Source: a virus. From it: DNA of 64,000 nt. Where the stretch lies: the IMG/VR virus record IMGVR_UViG_3300045988_144755. One strand, written 5' to 3'. Under the pieces are notes generated by a model. It saw only the letters and a list, made by a program, of their open reading frames with translations. It ran no database searches and was not told the DNA's origin. The stretch's first letter is position 1. Every line of letters starts with the position of its first letter. Shown piece after piece: positions 57,566-64,000 of this stretch. Position numbers and translations under genes: made by a program.

Positions 57566-58510
57566 TTAACCGAAGATTCTCTGGCGCAGTTCCGCCAGAA
57601 CGATACTGCCCGCCGTGCTCGCCCGGAATCCGAGTGCCCGGTCAAAGGCGTACTCCACAAGATCAATCCCATTAGCACTGATAGGCTTGTACATGACGAT
57701 GAACTGAGCCCACCGGATAAGGGCGCGGGTCGAAAGGGTGATGTCGAGCGGTTCATCCATGCCGTTCGTTTCCTTCCCGACGAACAGGTTCCGCACTGCC
57801 CCGGCATACTCCACCATCTTGCCGACCAGTTCCTTGGGCAGTTGCGGCACGGCATATTGGAGAAGGGACTCTTCAATATCCGGCGAGAGGTAGTCCGCCC
57901 TGACCGCCATCATGCGGTCGAGCAGGGCCATATTCTGGCGCAGGACGCCCTGATACATGCCCGTCTCGTCGCCGTTGCCGTTCGAGTTCGCAGTGCAGGC
58001 AAACCGGAACATGGGGCTTGGCTTGATGATCTCGCCCCCGTTCTCCGGGATGACAAGCGGACTTCCGTCAAGGATGGAGTTCAAGCCTGCGGCTGTGGAC
58101 GGGTCGAGCAAGTCAATCTCGTTGAGGAGGAAGAGCCCGCCATCCCGCATGGCCTTAGCCAACGGGCCGTACTCGTAGGACATATCCCCATCAATCACGA
58201 CATGATGCCCCACGAGATCGGGGAACTCCAACCTGCTGTGCCCGGTGATTTCATAGACGGGGTAGTTGAGCTTCGCCACCACCTGCTTGATGCAGGTCGT
58301 CTTGCCGCACCCGGTCGGGCCGAAGAGGAACAGGGGTTCCCGCACATGGATGATCCACATGACGACATCCACAGACCATGCGGGGAAGTGGTAGTAGGGA
58401 TTGACCGCCGGGGTGAAGGCGCTCGGCTCAGACCAGCCGGGGAGCTTCACGCCCGAAGGGTTCTTCGTAAACAATTCGCCAGCATCAAACATCACAATCT
58501 CGCTGCTCAT
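57566..58510 (-). CDS. MoxR/CobS-like AAA+ ATPase
   Basis: Walker A LFGPTGCGKTT; Walker B GGLFLLNEIDL. 314 aa. Confidence 0.75.
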   Translation of the reverse strand: MSSEIVMFDAGELFTKNPSGVKLPGWSEPSAFTPAVNPYYHFPAWSVDVVMWIIHVREPLFLFGPTGCGKTTCIKQVVAKLNYPVYEITGHSRLEFPDLVGHHVVIDGDMSYEYGPLAKAMRDGGLFLLNEIDLLDPSTAAGLNSILDGSPLVIPENGGEIIKPSPMFRFACTANSNGNGDETGMYQGVLRQNMALLDRMMAVRADYLSPDIEESLLQYAVPQLPKELVGKMVEYAGAVRNLFVGKETNGMDEPLDITLSTRALIRWAQFIVMYKPISANGIDLVEYAFDRALGFRASTAGSIVLAELRQRIFG

Positions 58511-58521
58511 CTCACTATCTC

Positions 58522-58914
58522 CTAGTAGATTCGTACCTTGCCATCGTTCATGTAGGGGAAGACTGCGGGGAAGAGGAAGGAAATGTTCTCAAGCGCACGG
58601 GCCTCGCTGTCTGTGAAGTACGCCGGGTACCCTGAGAACGAGGTGCCGTACCCGTTGCGCACGCACCAGAAGGAGAGGCCCGCAAGCATCAGGGTTTGGG
58701 GGCTCCAGCTATCCATGTCGAGCCCGCATTGCTGCATGTGGTGAGCGAACTCCCTCGCTTCTTCAAGGGCAATCTCCATATCCCTTGGGTCTATGTAGTC
58801 TCTGGATTCCGAGGGGGCATAGCCGTACTCCCTCGGCAATTCATCATGGGCAATGGACATAGCCATGTTCAGCATGTGCGTTGCGAACAGCTTCACCTTT
58901 GCTTCATCTGCCAT
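58522..58914 (-). CDS. hypothetical protein (130 aa)
   Basis: Long ORF with no competing frame. Confidence 0.45.
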   Translation of the reverse strand: MADEAKVKLFATHMLNMAMSIAHDELPREYGYAPSESRDYIDPRDMEIALEEAREFAHHMQQCGLDMDSWSPQTLMLAGLSFWCVRNGYGTSFSGYPAYFTDSEARALENISFLFPAVFPYMNDGKVRIY

Positions 58915-58955
58915 ACTGCACCTCCAACAAGGGGGGCTTGCGCCCCCCGTTCATG

Positions 58956-59468
58956 TTACTGCCAGACCTGATTTTCATCCGGTTCCGCGGTCTCGAACTC
59001 ATCCCCATGCAGGACTTCCTTAATCCCCATCGCGATGGCATCTTCCTCCACACCGAGTTCCCTCATCTTGTCAATGATTGTCTGCATAAGCACCATATAG
59101 AAACCAACCCTCAGAACCTCGTAGTCTTCGCCACTGTCCTGCGTCAGCGTAGCCATGCTCTTGGAGGCAGCCTCAAGGGAGGCCATCGTTGCGGAGAACA
59201 GGGCGTTGGGGTTCGCCTTGCCGATAACGGCGAACAGGCAATGCCCCGGATTCTTCTCCTCGTTTTCCTTCTTGTCGAACCCGGCGTTCACGTTGAAGAT
59301 AATGTGGCTCATGCCCCCAAGGTTATCCCGCAGGAACTGTTCCAGCTTGGGCCAGTCTTTGTTGAGAAAGTTGGTGAGGATAGCTTCAGTGGAATTGTTG
59401 CGTTCCTCTTCGGTAAGGTCACTGATGGCGGCATCGTTCACAAGGCGGCGTTCTTCAATGTTGTTCAT
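58956..59468 (-). CDS. acidic hypothetical protein (170 aa)
   Basis: Long ORF; acidic composition. Confidence 0.45.
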   Translation of the reverse strand: MNNIEERRLVNDAAISDLTEEERNNSTEAILTNFLNKDWPKLEQFLRDNLGGMSHIIFNVNAGFDKKENEEKNPGHCLFAVIGKANPNALFSATMASLEAASKSMATLTQDSGEDYEVLRVGFYMVLMQTIIDKMRELGVEEDAIAMGIKEVLHGDEFETAEPDENQVWQ

Positions 59469-59542
59469 GGTTCCTCCTTTCAGGTTTATGACAAGGGCCG
59501 CGCCCTTTCAGCAGGCACGGCCCGGCATCGTGCTGATTGCTG

Positions 59543-59923
59543 TTAGTCCTTGGATTCCGCACTGTCCCTGATTGCCTCAGCGACATTGAGGATCATCTTG
59601 TACCCTTCCGGCTCAGTGACGAACGACTGCGGGATGTCCTCAGCCTTGGCGAAGAGGTGCTTCAGCAAGCTATGGCAAAGGTCGCGGGGAATCATCAGGG
59701 CATTCCCGGAGCACGCCTTGCCCTCATCGACACCCTCCATGATCAGGATGAGGTCACGCTCCTGCTGGAGCGCCGCGTGTTCCTCGCACAAAGCAATCCC
59801 GGTCATGGTGTGGCGGTCGAACCTGTTCTTCAACTGCCTGTCCATAAGAATCTCGCCCGTCTCCCATTCCTCCCCGCACATGGGGCAATACTTCGTCGCC
59901 AAGGTAACGTAGCTCTTATCCAT
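59543..59923 (-). CDS. hypothetical protein with N-terminal CPMCGEEW zinc-ribbon-like motif
   Basis: 126 aa. Confidence 0.45.
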   Translation of the reverse strand: MDKSYVTLATKYCPMCGEEWETGEILMDRQLKNRFDRHTMTGIALCEEHAALQQERDLILIMEGVDEGKACSGNALMIPRDLCHSLLKHLFAKAEDIPQSFVTEPEGYKMILNVAEAIRDSAESKD

Positions 59924-59935
59924 AACATCTCTCCT

Positions 59936-60298
59936 TTACATACCTAAATACTTTTCAAAGTTGGAGCCTTCACGCACGGCGCAAATGTCGTTCTCCCCTA
60001 CCCAGAGGTTGAACCGCTTGCCGTCCACCTCGATGTATCCGTTATCCACAATCTCACCCCAGACTTCCAGATAGTACGGGTTGTCCGGGCCGTCCGCCGC
60101 AATGGAGAGCGCCTCCTCTTCCACCCCCTTGATGGTGTAGCGGGACACCAATTCCTGAAGCATGTACTGCCCGTAGTGATCCGGCACCAGAATGATGATG
60201 TCGTCGAAGTCACAATCACAAAGGATAGCGCCCTCTTCGTAGTTGATGCTGTCGTCGGGAATCATAGCGTAGCTCATCAGTGTACCCCCACATAGCAA
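59936..60298 (-). CDS. hypothetical protein (120 aa)
   Basis: Long ORF. Confidence 0.4.
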   Translation of the reverse strand: MLCGGTLMSYAMIPDDSINYEEGAILCDCDFDDIIILVPDHYGQYMLQELVSRYTIKGVEEEALSIAADGPDNPYYLEVWGEIVDNGYIEVDGKRFNLWVGENDICAVREGSNFEKYLGM

Positions 60299-60939
60299 CC
60301 GTCTTCGTCAACCTCGAACTCGTATTCATTGAAATTAAGAAACTCATCCACATAGGAATCCTGTTCCGCATCGTTACAGATAGTCTCCAACATCTTCAGG
60401 ACAGCACCGATCATATCGGCACCGAGTTCCTCGAAGGCGCGGCACACTTGGCGTAATGCCTCATCCGCCTGAGCTTCCAGCCGCGATTGCCTGAACTCGG
60501 CAACGGGGTGGCTGTCGTCGTACTCGGCAACGACATGGGCGTAGTCCCTAAGCCCAAGCCGCCCGTGTTCAATCTTCCAAGTGAAGCATCCCCACCCGGC
60601 CTTGATGATGTGCCGGATATACTTCTCGGCCCACGGGGTAGGCGGCACCCGCCACGCCCGCATCCGGGGGAGAAGGAACTCTTCGTACAGGGTAATGTAG
60701 TCCACGGGATTGGCGACGAACGACACGGTGTTATAATACAAATCGAAGTACAGGCCCTCCTTCAAGTTCATCTCCATGCCGAACTCACCGGGCATGTATT
60801 CCCAATAGATGCTGTCCTGCGCATCATTGAGGGCCTGATTTACGAGGTCGTCACGAAACTGGTCGCGTGCCTTGTCCTTCAGCTTCTCAGGCAATTCGTT
60901 AAACGGATACACCTTATAGGTTCTTGTGACTTCGTACAT
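60277..60939 (-). CDS. hypothetical protein (221 aa), acidic C-terminus
   Basis: AGGAGAG RBS 6 nt upstream of the ATG at 60939. The track ORF extends to 61101 without an RBS. Confidence 0.45.
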   Translation of the reverse strand: MYEVTRTYKVYPFNELPEKLKDKARDQFRDDLVNQALNDAQDSIYWEYMPGEFGMEMNLKEGLYFDLYYNTVSFVANPVDYITLYEEFLLPRMRAWRVPPTPWAEKYIRHIIKAGWGCFTWKIEHGRLGLRDYAHVVAEYDDSHPVAEFRQSRLEAQADEALRQVCRAFEELGADMIGAVLKMLETICNDAEQDSYVDEFLNFNEYEFEVDEDGCYVGVH

Positions 60940-60949
60940 CTCTTCTCTC

Positions 60950-61228
60950 CTATTCCGGCAAAAGGTTTTCTTCACACACGGGGAACCAAGGGCTGTCGCT
61001 GTCGATGAAGTACCTGCGGCCTGCGCAGTAGAGCCATTCATCTTCATCCCTCTGCATGATGCGAACCACGACATGCCCCGGAAAGCGCACGCCGCAGTCA
61101 TTGACGAACGTCACCCTGTCGCCCGGAGCGAAGGCGAGAGGGTGCCCGTTCTCCGGGGCATAGGGCCGCTCCCTGTCGTGCTGGCGCACGAGTTCCGCCA
61201 TCGCCTCATGGTGGCCTATCGACCTCAT
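60950..61228 (-). CDS. hypothetical protein (92 aa)
   Basis: ATGA overlap with the upstream gene's stop (61225); G-rich RBS. Confidence 0.4.
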   Translation of the reverse strand: MRSIGHHEAMAELVRQHDRERPYAPENGHPLAFAPGDRVTFVNDCGVRFPGHVVVRIMQRDEDEWLYCAGRRYFIDSDSPWFPVCEENLLPE

Positions 61229-61839
61229 TGCTGCACCCCCCCGTTCCAGAGGATGGAGAACGTCCACCCAGAGGGAAAGACGACAAGGGCTTCATACGTC
61301 CGGGCCATCTCGGTGAACAGCCGGGCCTTGTCGTGCCCGCCGAACAGCTTGTCCTCAGCCATGAAGTCAATCCCTGTCCCGCACCGGGCGGCGATGAACA
61401 GGGAGCCCGCACGGTTGGCGAGTTCATAGGACACGGGGAACCGCAAGTGCGGGAGCATGTCGCAGTAGAAGCGGATGCACTCATGCTCGAACCGCATACG
61501 GTATTCGTAGTTCAGGTTGTACCTGTTGTAGCCGAGGGCGCTCAGGGGTTCTTCACCCGCAGGGCACAGGGCAAGCAGGGCGTCGCCCGCTGCGGCAATG
61601 AAGCAATCGCGGGCATAGCCCCACGGCACGCCAGTTGTCGACCACTCACCCGGCTCATTGTAGAACCTCGTCTTCCCCCCATCGTCGGGGCGCTCCTTCA
61701 TGTTGCGGATGATCCCGCTGTGCTTCATGGCACACGGCACAGCTTCACGCAGGGTAGCGAACCTTGCGGTATTGAGCCCATCAAAATCGTCATTGGCATG
61801 GGCATAAACATCGGGCCACGATACGGCATACCTTTCCAT
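61225..61839 (-). CDS. hypothetical protein (204 aa)
   Basis: AGGAGAA RBS before the ATG at 61839. Confidence 0.45.
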   Translation of the reverse strand: MERYAVSWPDVYAHANDDFDGLNTARFATLREAVPCAMKHSGIIRNMKERPDDGGKTRFYNEPGEWSTTGVPWGYARDCFIAAAGDALLALCPAGEEPLSALGYNRYNLNYEYRMRFEHECIRFYCDMLPHLRFPVSYELANRAGSLFIAARCGTGIDFMAEDKLFGGHDKARLFTEMARTYEALVVFPSGWTFSILWNGGVQQ

Positions 61840-61922
61840 TTCCCATTCTCCTGTGGTTGAGGGTTTCATTTACGGCACCCATACTGCCCGGCACTGACGG
61901 CGCAATGCCGGGCCTGCGGGCA

Positions 61923-62477
61923 TCAATTCAGGACGGACGTGACGATGAACATGGACGGCACATTGTCTGCATTGGGGACGCCCTTGTTGCTCAGGGCCTT
62001 GAGCCTTGCAAGCACTACAGCCACGGCAAGGTCGGGCATGTACTCGAAAGAGTTCTCCGGTATGAACGCCCCCAAATCCCACAAGGCACCAAGGAACGAC
62101 TTCATCTTGCCGGGATTCCTGTCAGCGGCAAGGGAGGTGCCGACGCCCACGGCATAGGGGTAGTCAAACCCCGTGTGCATCCGCACCACACAATGCAAGT
62201 TCCTGATGGCCTTGTCGTATGCAGAGACGGCACAATACCATGTTGCATTCAGCATTGTGGTAGCCATGTGCGGCGTATACGAATCGAAGAGGCCCACCAC
62301 GCCAAGGTGGGCGCACGACACCTTCTTCTGCATGAAGGCGTCAATCTCGTTCGTCTTCGCCTCCATCTTATTACGGCAATCCCAATTGCGAGGGAGCTCA
62401 AAGTTAATGGCATCGGCAAGAGACTTTACGTTGTCGAATACCTGCGTTCCCCGCTTGTAGTTGAAGCTGTAGATCAT
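61923..62477 (-). CDS. hypothetical protein (184 aa)
   Basis: Long ORF. Confidence 0.45.
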   Translation of the reverse strand: MIYSFNYKRGTQVFDNVKSLADAINFELPRNWDCRNKMEAKTNEIDAFMQKKVSCAHLGVVGLFDSYTPHMATTMLNATWYCAVSAYDKAIRNLHCVVRMHTGFDYPYAVGVGTSLAADRNPGKMKSFLGALWDLGAFIPENSFEYMPDLAVAVVLARLKALSNKGVPNADNVPSMFIVTSVLN

Positions 62478-62496
62478 CTCTCTTCACACTCCCAGA

Positions 62497-63168
62497 TTAA
62501 TTGTGCTTCTCAAGGATGGGGGCAACCAACTGCGCAAGGGTGCGCAGGGCGTCCTTCGTCTTGCCAAGCTCGGCCCGCAATGCCTCCATGTCGGTACGTA
62601 TTTCGGCAAACTCAAGATATATGTTCTGCAATTCGGGGGCGTTCTTCCCGACATCCAATTCAACGCGCATGTCGGCAAGAATATCCTGCAACTTGCTGAT
62701 GTCTTCCCCCATGCCATACAACCGTTTTTCAAGATCGGCTTTCGTCAGGCGAAGACGATAGTTCTTGTTGTAGTAAGGACTGTCTGCCGTGATGATGTCC
62801 GGGTCGCCCGGAAGTATGGGCTTGTGCGCCAGCGGGATCAGCTCATTGAGAAGCCACGGCACACGGGTTGTAATAATGGGCACACGCTGGTTGTAGTTCG
62901 TAAACGATTCAACCCCGGCGTCGTTTATAAAGAACGTCTGCGGCGGGATGGTGCGCCCATAGCGGGACGGCCCGCCGTAGATAAGGCTCAGTTCGTACAA
63001 GGTCTTCGCGCTATCCGGCGGGCACATGGAAAGCGCACGGGGCAAATTGGAAATCCCCAAGAACAGGGCAATGGACTTTGCCTGATACCACGGTTCCTTC
63101 TGTGTCCATAAGAAACGAATCGGCACATCCACATTATGGTGGAAAACCCTTTTCAAAATAGCCGCCAT
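62497..63168 (-). CDS. Bro-N domain protein (anti-repressor-like) with C-terminal coiled coil
   Basis: N-terminus IRFLWTQKEPWYQAKSIALFLGISNLPRAL matches the Bro-N pattern (F.f...gepwFvakDva.aLGy.n...al). Second gene of the early operon. Confidence 0.5.
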   Translation of the reverse strand: MAAILKRVFHHNVDVPIRFLWTQKEPWYQAKSIALFLGISNLPRALSMCPPDSAKTLYELSLIYGGPSRYGRTIPPQTFFINDAGVESFTNYNQRVPIITTRVPWLLNELIPLAHKPILPGDPDIITADSPYYNKNYRLRLTKADLEKRLYGMGEDISKLQDILADMRVELDVGKNAPELQNIYLEFAEIRTDMEALRAELGKTKDALRTLAQLVAPILEKHN

Positions 63169-63686
63169 TACTGCATCCTCCGTTCGAGCATATCGAGGCG
63201 CTTCTCAACTGCATCAAGCATCAGCAAAACCTGACGGAGCACATCCGCCTGATTCTCCAGCTTCTCCTCAAGCAACTGCACTCGTGCCGTGCGGCGGGAT
63301 GAGTTCGGCGGTATACTGTCAGGCACATTAGGATACTTGCCCATGTCAGCTTCTACCAGCCGCGGCAGTTCCTCAGTAACCCACTTGTACACAGGCGACA
63401 AGCTCAGGGTGCCGTAGTTGGCGAAAGTCTTGAGGCCCGCAAGGGTAAGCAACGATGCCTCGGCACCAATGACACCCGAATACGCCGCCGCCGGAATAGC
63501 ATACCGATCCCGCAGCATACGGAACCGGACAGTCTCACCCTGACAACTCGCCAGCGGGCGGCTGATGTTCGTCACCTGAAAAGCCCGCTGCAAGTCGGTT
63601 GCCCGGTAATAGGCCCCGCCATCGGCAAACACCACAAGGAAACTGAACGGAAGTGTCTGATGTTTATAACTTTTTACTGCGAACAT
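63168..63686 (-). CDS. Bro-N/KilA-N-like domain protein, paralog; first gene of - strand operon
   Basis: FSFLVVFADGGAYYRATDLQRAFQVTNISRPL; C-terminal coiled coil like the neighbouring gene; stop/start overlap with the downstream gene. Confidence 0.45.
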   Translation of the reverse strand: MFAVKSYKHQTLPFSFLVVFADGGAYYRATDLQRAFQVTNISRPLASCQGETVRFRMLRDRYAIPAAAYSGVIGAEASLLTLAGLKTFANYGTLSLSPVYKWVTEELPRLVEADMGKYPNVPDSIPPNSSRRTARVQLLEEKLENQADVLRQVLLMLDAVEKRLDMLERRMQ

Positions 63687-63800
63687 AATGAACCTCCTAT
63701 GGAAGTAGTAATGACTTACTGGACGTACATTGTCAACGGGGCTGCTAAAATTTTTTATGATCAGCGGTGATCACTTTGGTGATCAAATTTCTTGCAACAA
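63687..63800 (-). promoter_or_regulatory. early promoter/operator region with three TGATCA cores (two as GGTGATCA) and a TTGACA -35-like hexamer
   Basis: On the - strand: TTGACA-17 nt-CATTAC, then AGGAGG-ttcatt-ATG. Upstream lies tgatcaccaaagtgatcaccgctgatca, a GATC cluster. Confidence 0.4.
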
Positions 63801-64000
63801 CCTAAGTGAATGGTTCGGCTGTCGGCACATTGAGTTGTAACCTACCGAGGTTGATAGCAATCTGTTGATGCAAAGAGGGCGAGGCCCGCTGCACAAAGTG
63901 CCGAAATTTTCGGGCCAAAAATTGTGATCCGCCGAAAAACACGGCCCTAGGGTTTTTAAATCCTATAGGGCTTTTATTTTCGCGGATCGCAAAAAAAAAG

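Noticed and set aside
15383-58525. Other long opposite-strand ORFs (15383-15937 -, 16289-16993 -, 17680-18690 -, 18540-19292 -, 21927-22967 -, 35771-37333 -, 38195-39109 -, 43887-44660 +, 46382-47233 +, 48658-49893 +, 56531-58525 +)
   Set aside because: These are GC-driven shadows too. Each is fully contained in a stronger gene on the other strand that has a recognisable motif or coupling (terL, portal, capsid, primase-helicase, SNF2 helicase, AAA ATPase). None has a plausible start context.
1-64000. Integrase / attachment site / CI-like repressor (temperate lifestyle)
   Set aside because: No tyrosine or serine recombinase motifs (no R..H..R..Y C-terminal domain, no resolvase N-terminal domain) and no obvious CI/Cro pair. 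Lifestyle cannot be decided from this window. The AlpA-like HTH (47510-47893) alone is not diagnostic.

Overview
This window looks like about 64 kb of a tailed dsDNA phage or prophage from a GC-rich host (roughly 60% GC by eye), and may be a nearly complete genome. All calls are from reading the sequence and the supplied ORF track; no searches were run, and I did not recognise an integrase, repressor, tRNA, CRISPR array or reverse transcriptase.

The + strand (1-41191) carries a late operon with tightly coupled genes (many ATGA or TAATG overlaps):
- a lysis cassette at the start (lipoprotein, two small proteins, putative YkuD-like peptidoglycan enzyme, holin-like protein);
- an accessory host-recognition locus at 2.7-15 kb, with a repeat tail-fibre, two paralogous Mtd_N-domain fibres, a Gly/Cys-rich protein, a low-GC BspA-type LRR protein with 84-bp tandem repeats, and an antisense 1134-aa Ig-repeat fibre/adhesin;
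- terS, terL, putative portal, scaffold, capsid, virion and tail proteins, two ~1000-aa proteins, and a collagen-like fibre.

The - strand (41649-63686) carries an early/replication operon:
- two Bro-N anti-repressor-like proteins, many small hypotheticals, and an AAA(CobS-like)/unknown/VWA(CobT-like) triad;
- a family-A DNA polymerase split into two ORFs by a low-GC HNH endonuclease gene;
- a Cas4-like nuclease, a VRR-NUC nuclease, an SNF2 helicase, an AlpA-like HTH protein and a primase-helicase.

An AT-rich convergent junction at 41192-41650 holds terminators, direct repeats and a 30-bp palindrome.

The most interesting feature is a putative invertible segment (10763-12177). It is bounded by in-frame 50-bp inverted repeats inside the Ig-repeat fibre gene, would swap the fibre's C-terminal tip for a promoterless low-GC alternative cassette, and has no invertase in the window.
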